Notes under the pieces: generated by a model
The model's database searches: none
What the model was told of the DNA's origin: nothing
What the model saw: the letters and a program-made list of their open reading frames with translations, nothing else
Program-made: the position numbers and the translations under genes
Shown here: one piece after another, positions 35,021 to 47,299 of the stretch
Numbering within the stretch: position 1 is the stretch's first letter
How the letters are laid out: the number at the start of each line of letters is the position of its first letter
Assembly: GCA_013239625.1 (NCBI GenBank)
Contig: MU053629.1
Location: 2,383,567-2,447,566 of the forward strand
Source of the DNA: Lama guanicoe
Lineage: Eukaryota
Direction: 5' to 3'
DNA: 64,000 nucleotides

Positions 35021-36120
35021 TGAGGCTCAGTGGGGACCATAAGTTCGCCTTTGGAGGGAGCCCAGCTGGATTCCACTTGGAGCTCTCTCCCGCTTGTAGT
35101 GTGTCCCTGGGCGAGTCATTAACATCTCTGAACTTCACTTGTCTTCTCTGTAAAATGGAGCTTAGATTTACTAGCATTTGTCTCATAGGGTTGTAAAATG
35201 ATCCAATGGGATGGTCCAGGTGGCAGGGGGAGAGCAGGATAATAACCACCACCGTAATGGGACACTCACGGTGTGCCGGGGCTGCTCGAGGCATTTTGAG
35301 ATGGCCCTATAAAAGATACCATCCGCAGATGAAGAAATTGATTGAGATTTAGTGAGTTTCCCAGAGTCACACAGCTACAGAGGCAGACTTGGGCCTGGAC
35401 TCCTCGGATAGACATGGCTAATCATGTGCTGAGACGTGTGGGTGAGGGTCCAAAGTTGCTGAGTTTAGAGGTGCTCAAAGGCCTGAAAAATATCCAGCCG
35501 TGTCTCCCATTGGGTTGTTAATCAGTGCTTGCTTTCTCTAATGGATTATTCTTCCCTCATAATATAATGCTTTTGTGGGTAGGGACCTAAAAGACCATCT
35601 ATGCCTGCTTCCTTATGAAGAGACAGGGAGAGACTTGCCCGTGGTCACGTGGCTGGGCAGCTCAGAACGGGACGGGGGCTCAGTTCTGTCCCTCTGCTCC
35701 TGCTCCTCCACCCCACTTCTGCTTTGGGGGAGCAGTTCTAGTGGGTGAGGGGTGCTCCTTCCCACCCACAAACTGCCCACTTATACAGGCTTCTCCTGGC
35801 CACTGTTGACCCCACTTGGCCAGACCTTCTGCCACTCCCTTCCTCTCCCTCCCCCAAACACTCCTGGCCTCTCCCCACTTACAGGGCTGATGCTCTAAGC
35901 AGAGAGAGGAAACTAGTGTAGGAAACCTAGTGCTGGCACAAGAGCAGCCAATATTTTACCACTGTGTGTGTTTGGGTGAGTGTGCATCTTTTTTCTTTTG
36001 TATGTATATATATCTATACATAATATATACTGCAAGTGATTGCATCTTTGGGTAGATGAATTGTGGGTGTTTTTTTTCCTTGTCTATATTTTAAATTTTC
36101 TTTAGTAATGAACAAACTAT

Positions 36121-36547
36121 TTTTTCTTTAAGAAAAACTTGAGAAAAGTATATAACACAGGGCTTCACAAATGAGAATCAAAATGGTTACAATCTTGGTA
36201 AGGAACATTGTTTTCCTAGGTTCAAGCCTGTTTGTAGATGTTCTTTTAAAAAGCCCCAGTGAGCTCGCATGTTAGGAGCAGGTGCGTCTCAGCTGGTGTT
36301 GGATGGAAGAGGTCTGAGATAATCCAAACTTGGTACATTGTCAGTTGCTTCCCTCGATTCACTTTGCAACTGGCGGTCCACCAGGTTCTGAACCTTTTCC
36401 AGTTCAGCAGTAGTGAAGTGTGTCCAGTTCATCTTGGGTGAAGAAATAAACCCTGGTGCCATCGCCTCTCACATAGAAATTTTCAGACAGACACTGACCT
36501 TTTTTAAGCCAAAGCTGAGCCATGTCATAGCAGCTGTAATCTCACAG
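36121..36547 (-). pseudogene. METTL2: 5'-truncated processed pseudogene of METTL2 (tRNA m3C methyltransferase): C-terminal CDS plus part of 3' UTR
   Basis: Minus strand translates with frameshifts as [80 protein letters not shown] (stop 36291-36289), matching the METTL2 C-terminus as I recall it. No introns, A-rich tail, degenerate TSD at 36107-36121 / 36548-36564. Confidence 0.9.
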
Positions 36548-36604
36548 AATGAGCAAACGTTATTAAGACAAGAAATAAAGTTGTTTTAAAATTCTCTTAA
36601 AAAA

Positions 36605-36718
36605 CCTAGTGACCTCCCCCACCCCAAAAGCAGATGGTACAGTTCAGTGGTAGAGCACATGCTTAAAATGCACAAGGTCCTGGATTCAATCCCCAGTACC
36701 TCCATTAAAAAAAAAAAA
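36605..36718 (+). mobile_element. tRNA-derived SINE (vic-1-like) preceded by a SINE-tail segment
   Basis: gtacagttcagtggtagagcacatgc...ggattcaatccccagtacctccattaaaaaa; TSD-like aaaattctcttaaaaaa / aaaatcctcttaagaaa. Confidence 0.8.
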
Positions 36719-36729
36719 TCCTCTTAAGA

Positions 36730-37640
36730 AAAAGGCCAACAATCATAATGAAAAATAAGCTAGAGATAAGAACAGATTACTCGCTAAAATTTTTTTTAAA
36801 ATATATCTTAAATACAGAAAAAGATGACCAACTTTGCTTATAATGATAGAAATGCAAACTAAAATCACACCAAGTTTACTATTTCTAACCTATCTGATTG
36901 GCAAAAATTCAAGTTTGACAGCAAGTTCTGTTGGGAAGCCCATGAGGAAACAAGACACTTTCTTACATTGCTGATGGGAGTGCAAGACTAATAGACGTTG
37001 TATTGGACATCTGGCAACAGCTAGCAGAATCACGTGTGTATTTATCCTTTGACCCAGAAATCCTCTAAGAATAGATCCTGTAGATGCACTGGTAAAAACT
37101 ACCAAAGGATGCTTGCATGAGGCTACTCATTGTATCTGTGATCACAAAAGACTGGAAACAGGGCAGAACATCCATCAACAGGAACTGGATGAATAAGCCA
37201 CACACAGGAGGACTCGGGCTGCGAAAGGAATGGGAAAGGCTCATACTATTGCAGAGAGATGGCTGAGGTGAGTTTTCCGTGAATACAGCAAGGTGGGTGC
37301 CCAGAAGAGGCAAATCTGTAGAAACAGAAAGTGGATTAGTGTTTGCTGGGGCCATGGCGGGGACTGGAGACTGGGGAGGGGAGTCAGAGCTGTAGGGTAT
37401 CGGCTTGCTTTTTTTGGGTGGTGAAATTGTTCTAAAATTTTGTGGTGGTGATTACATAACTCTGAGCAATACTAAAAACCATTGAGCTGTACACTTAAAT
37501 GAGTGGATTGTACGATGTACACTTGAGCTGTAATTTATATCTCAGTAAAGCTATTACTCAAAAATGTGAGAAAATTGTGTGTAGTATGCTACTCTAGGAA
37601 AGGGAGGAAAATATACATGTAATATACTAAGCAATATAAG
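36730..37640 (+). mobile_element. Old LINE-1 fragments (L1ME/L1MB-like 3' region)
   Basis: gaaatgcaaactaaaatcac, tttgacccagaaatcc, ggcaaatctgtagaaacagaaagtggattagtg, tatctcagtaaagct motifs; boundaries approximate. Confidence 0.65.
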
Positions 37641-38471
37641 GGTAAGCAACTAGAACAAAAAACTTTACTGTGTCAGCCACGTGTCAGTCAGGATTTAATT
37701 GGGGAGCAGAGTCACTTTGAGGCGGTGGGCTAGAGGGTTTATAATGGTAATCTGCTTTGCACAATTGTGAAAGGAACTGGGGAAGAAGGTGATCTGAGGG
37801 CAGTTAGCACATCAGAGAAGGAGTCAGTAGCCAATCTGAGAAACCAAGTTTGTCCAGCTGTCTTAAGGGGACCACAGGAGAAGCTGCGGGAGGTCTATGG
37901 GAAGCTGTATCCTCTGGGTAGAGGATGCCTCAGAGTCTGCCGCCGGAGCAACCATGGTGGCCTGTGGCCACTCTTGGTCAGCTGGGTCATCAGTTGGGAA
38001 TAAAAGAAGGACATGGAGTGAAGGAGAGCGAGAACCCGGTGGAAGCTGCAGATCCTAGGTAACTATGACGACCTTCAGAGACTTGACTCTGAAACGGGAA
38101 TATTTTACATAATGGTAGAACAAAATTAACAATAAAAATATCTAAAAATCATGGCTATATGTTACATATGAAAGTTGTTGAGAGAGTAAATCTTAAGAGT
38201 TTTCCTCACAAGGGAAAAATATTCTTTTCTATTTCTTTAATGTAGCTATAAGAGATGATGGGTGTTCACTAAACTTATGTGGTCATCACTTCATGATGTA
38301 CGTAAGTCAGATCATTACTCTGTACACCTGAAACTTAACACAGTGCTGTATGTCAATTATGTCTGAATAAAACTGGAAGAAAAAATCTAAAAAGCAAAAT
38401 GGCACAAATAAATCTGTGTCTAACCAGAGAGGAAGTATTCCAAGTGATTTTGAAATAGTAGTGTGACTATA

Positions 38472-38773
38472 CAGTTGTCCCTTGGTATCCGAGAGGGATT
38501 GGTTCCAGGACCCTGATACCAAAATCTGTTGAGGCTCGAGTTCCTGATATAGAATGGCGTAGTGTTTGCATATAACCTACACACATCCTCCTTATACTTT
38601 AAATCATCTCTAGGTTACTTACAAAACCGTGTGATGCTCTGTAGGTAGTTGCCCACATGTGGCAGATTCAAGTTGTGCTTTTTGGAAATTTCTGGATTTT
38701 TTAAATTAGTATTTTTGCCCTGGGGCTCTTTGAATCCTCGGATGTGGATCCTGCAGATGTGGACAGCTGACTG
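38472..38773. mobile_element. MER2 (TcMar-Tigger) non-autonomous DNA transposon
   Basis: TA|cagttgtcccttggtatcc...ggacagctgactg|TA with TA TSD; internal gcatataacctacacacatcctcc...tttaaatcatctct. Confidence 0.8.
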
Positions 38774-39009
38774 TACGCCGCTAGTGGGGGTCTATCCAAA
38801 CGACAAGACAAAGTTTAAAAAACACTCACACAGTTTTCAGGAATCATCTTATTGCTTATTATGTTGAAATTGTTATTGTGAGACTGTTTTGAGTAGATTA
38901 TAGGGTAAAGGGAATGAAGAATTATGTTGGATTTCCAGTATGGGAGGAAAAAAATACGGATGTGATCTTGATGGTGTTAGGCAGAACCCTGTTGTCTTGA
39001 ATTTGAGTT

Positions 39010-39890
39010 GATACTCAGTCAGACTGAGTATGAACTACTGATGCACTTTATCAGAAGAAAAACATATGAACAAACTTTTGTTAGTTCTATGCATCGGTCC
39101 TGGAAATAATACCCACTTAGTAGGTGTTACCATTCCTGTGTTTACCAATTTATTATAAAAGGGTAGAACCCAGGAACGGTCAGATGGAAGAGGTGCACAG
39201 GGCAGGTGTGGAAAAAGGGTGCGGAGCTTCCATGTCTGCTCTCCGGTTTTGCTCTCCTGGAATCTCCACGTGTCCACCAACCTGGAAGCTCTCCAGACCC
39301 CCTCCTTTTTTGATTTTTATGGAGGCTTCATTACGTAAGAATGATTGATTAAATAATTGGCCACTGGTGACTGATTCAACCTCCAGCCTCTCTCCCCTCC
39401 CCCGAGGTTGTGGAGCGAAGAGGACTGAAAATTCCAACCGACTGCTCTCAGTTGGTTCCCCAGGCAACCAGCCCCCATCCTTAGGTTACCTAGAGGCTTC
39501 CCAAATCACGTCATTAACATAACAAAAGGCATCTTGTTCTCCACGTAGGAGATTCTAAGGTTTTTTTTGTCTTTTTTTTTTGTTTCTTTGTTTTAGATTC
39601 TAAGGGTTTTATGAGCTCTGTTCCAGGAATGGGACAAAGACCAAATATATATGTATATATATATGTTTTTTGGGGTTTTTTTGAGTAAAGGTAGATTTAT
39701 TTAGAGAGATACATACTACATAGAGTGTAGGCTGCTTCAGAGAAAGGCCACGAGGTGTGAGGGTTGAGTGCTCAGGTTAAAGTAAAAGTAGATACGCGAT
39801 CCATAGACAGAGTGCAGGTGGACTCTGAAGATGAGGGAGCAAGAGAGGCCCAAATATATATTTTATTATAAATCACAATCTCACAGTGGT
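39010..39890. mobile_element. MER21-family LTR carrying two secondary retro-insertions
   Basis: ttttatggaggcttcattac...ttggccactggtgactgattcaacctccagcc...ccaaatatatat; aligns by eye to 57100-57495. Left boundary approximate. Confidence 0.7.
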
Positions 39891-40197
39891 TTAAAAAGTG
39901 GATTTCCAAAGTCATCAATGGCAACATCGCACAAAGAGGGACAAGACATTATGTACTTCCTGATGGAAACACACACCACTTCTATGAAAGGAGCCTCTCT
40001 AAAACTCAGTTTAAAACTTTGATCAATCTGCCAGTTTATAGGAAACACAGGAGGCAGAGGAACACATTAAATGACATCGTAGGGAGGTCATCAGCAAAAT
40101 ACAGACTGTGGGAACCTCTTCAGGATAGATGACCCAGTACGTACAGTGTATCAACAAATAAATTGTGAGAGGGCGGGAGGGAGGAAGAAGAGGGTAG

Positions 40198-40686
40198 TGT
40201 GAATGAAAAATACCGCAAACCATATCAGTAAACAATGCTGAAACCATCAAGTCACCAGCGGCTGCCGCCACCCCCCAGTGAAGAAGACAAGCCTGCAGCC
40301 CAGCCTCTGCGGCCACTCACAATGGTGCACCCTGAGCGGACTCAGAATAAGAAAGGACAGGATACTGGCCCTAGATAGCTAGATGCTTGTTAAAGGAATG
40401 AATTCAATGAGCCCAAATATTTGCTTCCTCCCCTACATAGAAAAGCGCTAAGTTCTCTAACTTGAGATGCCTGGTTTTCCTTAGATAACAAGTAATCTTT
40501 TATTGTTCCAACTGCCTGGTCTTTGTAAAGCTTTGTTGTAAAGCTCCTATCTATCCTAGCTCCTCCCCTGCCTCTTCCGAGCAGTCCCCTCAGAGCGATC
40601 TGAGGGGCTGTCATCCTGGCCCGAGTCCTCCCGCCAAATAAAACATAACTGTCAACTTTAAGGCTGTGCATTTATTTCAGTCGACA
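40198..40686 (+). mobile_element. Solo ERV LTR (ERV1-class), 489 bp, inserted in an L1MC-like 3' fragment
   Basis: TG...CA termini; exact TSD GTAG at 40194-40197 and 40687-40690; AATAAA 40637-40642. Confidence 0.85.
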
Positions 40687-41589
40687 GTAGAGAGAGAGCA
40701 AGAGAGAGAAAGAGGGGCGGAACTTTTAGATTAAGAGACAGATCCGCCTATTTCAATGTATGGAGCCTACTGGAATTTTGATTCAAATAAACTGTAATAC
40801 CAACACACACACATGACAACTGGAGAAAGTTGAACAATGACTGAATAGTTGATATTAAGCATTGTTAATTTTTAGGTTTGAAGATGGTATTTTGATTATG
40901 TTTTTAAATGAGGTTTTACTTATGGAGATACAGACTGACATTTATGGATCAAATGATGTTTATGAATTTGCTTCAGAATAATTCAGGAGGAGGAGGAAGT
41001 TAGCCATGGATTGTTAACTGTTGAAGCTGGATGCTAGGTAGGTGAGGTTCATTATATTATTCTTCGTGTTTATTTGAAATTTTACATAGTAAAATTTTGT
41101 TACAAAACTGTCTCTTGGCAAAATATTAATATGTATCATTATTCTTTCAGCTTTTGTGTAGGTTTTAATTTTTCTAAATAAAACATTAGGAGAAAAAAGT
41201 CATTGCTTTGTCTTAATCCTTTTGCCGCAGCAGGAGGCCTCACAGCCCAGACCTTGGGCTCCCAAGGGCCCATCTGGTCAGTCCTTCAGGCCTGGGAGAA
41301 GTCTCCTGATCACAGGCTACCACCTGGAGCAGCCCCCAGACTCAGCAAAGTCAGAGCTAGGAATAAAATCCAGGGGCATCTGGACTCCTTCCAAATATTG
41401 CCTGGGGACACCTGGAACTTTGAAACCACATGTCAGGGCTCCTGTCAGCTTGGAGAGTCCTGTGCCATTGAGACTTACCCTCCACTGTACCTCACCCTCC
41501 CTCCCTGTGATTTAATGGTGAACAAAAGTGCTTAAAGGGAAGTGGGGGAGGCAGATGACAGGCGAGTAAACAAATATGCACATGGCATG

Positions 41590-41968
41590 TGTTGTGGGAC
41601 ACAAGGGGGCGGTCGTGGACCGGTGACGCGGGTTGGTAAAAGCATGTACCAGAGGCCAAGGAGAGTTTAACAGCAGGGAAAAGTTTAATAGTTACACAGC
41701 AGTGGGCCACACAGACGAAAGGTGCCTGTGTGAGCCCCAGGGGTGGGCGTGCAGGGTCTTTTACTGGGGGTTGGGTCCTGTGCACACAAGGAGTAGGGGC
41801 TGCATGATCAATTCGTGCACGAGCCCCTGATTGGTTGTAAGATCTGTCAGGGACTTCTCTGAACAAGAAGTTTCACGACTGGTGAAGGCAGGAAATGAGG
41901 CCTGTCCACCTGGGGTATTGTGAGCTGGGATGTCTCCTGCAGCGATGAGTCCTGCCAGGGTAAACACA
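41590..41968 (-). mobile_element. Probable solo ERV LTR
   Basis: TG...CA termini with near TSD catg/catc; on minus strand CCAAT, TATA-like and ATTAAA in LTR order; CpG retained. Confidence 0.55.
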
Positions 41969-43772
41969 CATCAAGAGATGTTTTTATCCTGCAGAAATGC
42001 AGTTCTGTGGAGTGGTCCTGCAGTGGGGAGTAGGGGTGAAGGTGTCAGTGGCTCCAGGCACACTGAGAGCCCGGGACTTCTTCAGAGCGGCTTCAACGAG
42101 TGCCAGCGGGCTCCAGGGCTTGTTCAAAAGCTTTGCGTCTTTACAGCCTCCAAATGAGCACACTGGCTGTTTGTGGGCACCCCATAGGGGTGTTGGGGCG
42201 TTGGGGGCAATCCCAGTGGCAGGAGGGGTGAGCAGACAGAATAGTTCTACATTGAAAACGAGGCTGAGCAGAGGACATTTGAGTGTTACAGAGTCCGGGT
42301 AAAAGGGAGGCAGAGGAGATTTGGGAGGAGAAGTGGGGGCCCTATTGGGATGAGTGGACCTTTGAGGAAAGATGTTGAAATACGGTTTTTAGGAAGTTTT
42401 GCTCTGTCTGAACTTCCCTGAATTCCTTGCCACTTGTGTATTGGTTTGATATGATTTCAAACCCATTTGTTTATGACTTAAGCTAAGTTGTTTAAATCTA
42501 CTTGTTTATGTCAAAGGCCAAAAAAACCAAAGTTGTTACGATAAAGAATAAGCTGCGTCAGGATGTCATCTCATGTGTTGCTGTTGATAAGCCCTTAGTG
42601 CCTCAGCTGCTGAGGGCGCCCCCAAAATGGGGGCTTATTGATAAGAACTGCGGAGAACCAGTGATGGCAAGAGGACACAGACGATAAATGCTGAGAGTTT
42701 TCGAGGAATGACTGAGTTTCCATCTGAGCAAAGCTACCTTTTGCTGACCAGCTCTCCGAAGACCTTGGGGGCATTAGCTCCTCCCGTGGTAAAGGCGAGT
42801 CCTTTATCAGCAGTGGTGACGAACCCTGCAGCCTAGAAGGACATCTGCCTGCCGGTCAGCACCGGCGCCATCATTGCCTAGCAACGTACTCTAGCAACCA
42901 GGGACTTTTATTTTTGCGTTGGTAGCTAGACAGAACTCCCCCGTTGGCCAAGCTTGTCTCTCTTGAGAAACCAAAACTGGTAGAAAAAGTACAGCTTAAC
43001 TGAATTTGGGCTTTATTCTCTTCATCTGCCCTTGCCTGGAACAATAGTGTAACCAATCTATCTTTTGTCGGAGTATGTTATTTCTTTATTGACTTATTAA
43101 GAGACATTATCCTGTATGCTATTAGCTTGTGAAATTATAATAATTCCTGCAGTGAACCTGTGTTAAATAAGCTATTGTCAAAGACAATCTCATTTGCATT
43201 ATTTTTCAAGGCTTTGGAGCCACATTAATGTTTTGTTTGCGTGAAATGATGGGGCAATGGGCTCTGAGTGGGAATAGGTGGACCCAGTGTTATTTGTGTG
43301 TCACAGAATAACAAATTGTGACCACTCTCTGGAGGAAAAGGTGGCTGTGAGAGAGATAGTGAGGGTGGGGGTGGCACAGTTAACACTGGAAAACTGACAC
43401 TGAGGCCAGTCTTGAAAAACGACAAATAGTTAGCCATGGGGAAAGGGTGGGGAAGAGTTGTTCCTAACAAAAGGGAAGAGCACGTGCAAAGGCCCTGAGG
43501 CAGGAGCGAGGAAGGTTCATTTTGCTGGAGGAACTTTTACAAGTTTAATTTTATTGGTTTTTCTTCCCCAAGGATTAAAAAAAAGAAGACATTTGAAATG
43601 ATATGTGTCATTACTAAGCTACAGAATTAAAAGGCTCAAATGATATGTAGAGCTCCCAAGTGACTATAATTGGCATTATTTTTCCACAAACTAAGTTTTC
43701 CATCTGCTTTTCCTCATTTCGATATTTCTGATTACTTCTAATCGGTGTTAAGGTCAATCACCTCCCTCTGTT

Positions 43773-43796
43773 ACACACACACACACACACACACAC
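43773..43796. repeat. (AC)n microsatellite
   Basis: Direct read. Confidence 0.9.
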
Positions 43797-44961
43797 TTCC
43801 TGAAGCTGCCCGACATCCTCCACCCCAAGCCCCAGCTCTGTGCTCTCAGGCCCTCTCTCCATCCCTGTCAACCCTGGTAGTCTCTGAATTACATGTCCTT
43901 TTGTACCTCAGCCTTGGGTACCTTATGTCAAAGGGATGAAGGCAGCTTGTGGGCAAAACTGAGTACTGTCTGCTTTGAGAATGACCTGGGATCACTAGGG
44001 TGTGTGTATGTGCCTGTGTGTGTGTTGGAGAGGGGGAATGTGTATGAGCTGGGGGCTGGAAATGCAGGGTCAAAATGGGCTCTGTATCTTGGCAGGGACA
44101 GGAGAAGGGCAGAGCCAGCACTTGCCTCCCCCCAAATGTTCCCCTCCAAACACACCAAAGGTAGAGCATTATAAACACCCAAAACTCTGGGACCTTGTCC
44201 AAAGTGGCCCACTGGATTTTTGCATCTTACTCACTTGCTCATATAACCATGGTTGTTTTAATTAAAATGCAACTTTTCCACCTCTTCCCAGGCATCAAAT
44301 AAAACTGAGGTTTCTGGTTGTGGTTTTCTGTGCCCCTCATCCACCACTGTGTGCCCCACAGTATAGGCATCTTAGTTTGAAATACCCAGAACAGGACATT
44401 TCAGAACAGGGAGCAGGCAGTGTGCACTGCAGTCCTGGGCTTCTCTGAAGACAGAATGCCAGCAGAGCCCCCCAGACTTACAGTGAGTGGCTCTGTGGGC
44501 TCTGAGAGGAAGGTACTCACCACTGTGCAAGTGACAAGGGCCATCATGGACTGTGTCCTGAAACTGGCTTGTGCCCATTCCCTGGCAGGGGGTGCACAGA
44601 AGCCACCATCACAGCCTTGCCCTCAGTGAGAGTGGCTGTGTAACTTAGGACTCAAGGATACCCCAAGGCTTTGGGGACACACGTACTGGGTTTGAATTGG
44701 CCACTTACTGGCCATGGGACCTTGGGCTACAACTCACTGTCTGCATCCCAGTTTTCTCCCTGGAAATAAGGTTGCTAACAGCATCGCAGGGAGGTTGGGA
44801 AGAGTACAGGAGATAATGCTGATGAGACTGATGCAGCGGCTGGTACCCAGCTGGTGCTCAAGAAATGATGACAGCTCAAAGAGATTAGTTAGACCTGTTT
44901 GGGGAAAACAGGGGTAAAGGCCTGAAAATGATGGATTGGAATGAAGTGGTGCTGACAGCTT

Positions 44962-45066
44962 AGAGTAGCCCTTCTCATATTTCAGTGTGCACAGGAATCA
45001 CCAGAGATCTTATTGAAATACAGGTTCTGATTCTGGTGTGCAGCCCGGGATTCCGTCTTTCTAACA
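44962..45066. mobile_element. MER5A-like hAT MITE fragment
   Basis: ttctcatatttcagtgtgcacaggaatcaccagagatcttattgaaatacaggttctgattc...tttctaaca. Confidence 0.6.
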
Positions 45067-46358
45067 GAATGTCACCCAGGTAACAAAGGAGCATGAAATC
45101 CATGAGGTAGATGGCAAAACACAAGTCACGTTTCTATTTTGTAAAACAAGCAAACAAAACACCTCTCTAATTTCTCAAGATATGAAGTAAGAACAAAGAA
45201 AAGCCAGGAGGGCTGTCTTGTGGAGAAACCTGCCACCAGTGTCAGGGGCCCCCAGCCTCTCTTGCGTGATCTCCGGAAAGATCACTGTGAGGTGTCCAGC
45301 CACGTACCATTGGGGCTGGACGGCCCATAGACCCTACCTCCAATCCATGAGTTTTAGAGATGAAGCCAGCTAGACCCAAGAGAGGGGAAGGGAGTGACCT
45401 AGATCACCAGCTAATTATAACACCTACAAGGGAGCCTTCCTGGGAAGCTGGGGGCTTGGGCTGGGTACTGTGGAGTTGAACTTGAAGGATGGGATAATGG
45501 GCCATTTTTTTCCAGACTGAAATTGCAGTGTGGTGCAGTGAGTTTGAATCCAGCCTCTACCACTTGCTGCTCTAAGATCTCAACAAGTTACTGGAACTTT
45601 CTGAGCCTCAGTTTCCTCATCCATAAAATAGGGATGATAATATCTGTTTTACAGAATTGTTGTGAGGATTAAGTGGGATAATGAATTTAAAAATCCCTGG
45701 TCAGAATGTGGGAGCACTGAAGGCTGGGGAGGTCTCCTAGAGGAAGCCCATATGGCCTTCCGGGGTTAGCTGGAAACACTAGATGGGTGTGGCCTAACCT
45801 GGGCCAGGGTGGCTGGGCTTGTGGGGACAGCCAGGCTTCTGTCAATCATCTACTTCCCAAGGGTTTCTCTAATGCCCACTCATGGTCACTTGGGCACTTG
45901 GGTCTCACCTCCAGTTTCCCCAGGAAAAGTATGGAGACACAGACTGTCTCCAGGCAGCAGTGGATGAGGGAGGAAGGTGATAAAGCAGCAGTCACTTCAT
46001 TCTGCTGGCTCAGGGCCATGGACTTCAAGGATGGCTGGCACCTGTGCATCCATCTGGGAGGCCAGGGCTTGGAGAGTGACCGACCACCAGTTGTCTGCAA
46101 CTTTGACTCCTTCAAGGTCCTATCCACCCATCAGATGCTCATGCTGTGGCTCTTGAATCAGACCACCTGGGGTAGAACTCTGGCTCCACCACTTACTGTG
46201 TGAGGTAGGGAGAGTTTTTTACCCTCTCTGTGCTTCAGTTCCTCCACCATACTATGGTGGTAATAATGTCCACTTCATAGGGTGGTTTGGGGGACAAAAT
46301 GAGATAATCCACAGAGTCCTACTGTGGGTCTCATTAATTATTAGCTATTATCATTACG

Positions 46359-46442
46359 TTCTTTTTCTATAGAGGTACTGGGGATTGAACCCTGGGTCTC
46401 CTGCTTGCTGAGCATGTGCTCTACCACTAAGCTGTATCTCCT
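46359..46442 (-). mobile_element. tRNA-derived SINE (vic-1-like)
   Basis: gaggtactggggattgaaccctggg...gctctaccactaagctgtatc. Confidence 0.8.
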
Positions 46443-47299
46443 GATCCCCCCTTTATGTTATTTTTCAAAGGTCATCCCAAGTGCTTCCTCCTCCAGGAAG
46501 CCTTTCTGAACTGCACTAATGACAAAGATATTTATCTTCCTCTGATCCCAGAAGAACTAGTAATGGCTTCTTATCCTGGGGTAGAGATGCCTTGGGACCC
46601 CGTTATCCCCAGATTTAAAGAGTCTATAAATGCCTAAAAGGCAAAGAAGAGAAGACATGGACATCCCCCAGTGTCTGAAGTGCAACCCATTCTGATGGGT
46701 TCAATGTGTATCTTTTTGTTTGTATGTCTTTGCAGATCTGTGTTCTTTTGTGTGCAATCATTTTTACTGATACCGTGTTTTAGTCTCACTTGTTTTTTTC
46801 ACTTTTTCCGCTCTACCACTCGGTGTTTGAATCCTTGTTACTTTGAGTACACCTGGTCCCTTGCATCTAAAGTTGCATTGTAGTACATTTTATCCATCCA
46901 CCCCTACTGTGACATTTAGGTTGCCTCCCACTCCCGACAACCACAAAACAAGCCAGCAACAACAACCTCTTACATGTCCCTTTACGAGCCTGTGGAGAAG
47001 GAGCTGGATTTTAGGGTCATCGTTGGCTGGGTTTAGTTTTCCTCATTACAGCCAGGACTCTTTTCTAGGAAGGCTACTCCTGCCAGCAGTGCACCTGGCT
47101 GTGACACCCCTCATTCCCCACGACTATCTGGCATTATCCAGTTTTTCTCATTTTTGCCAGTCTAATTGGTGTAAGTGATTCTCATTGTCATTTTAACTTG
47201 TATTTTCCTGATCATGAACAAATCTGACCATCTCTTCCTATGCCCTCAGGCTTGCCTGAGGTTTCCGTAACTTCAGTGCCCAAGTGCTTGGGGTCTGAC

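Noticed and set aside
34627..35076. 149-aa minus-strand ORF with SRSGFS repeats
   Set aside because: Produced by GC richness and the 18-bp tandem repeat; no recognisable homology, and its start lies beside MIR-like sequence.
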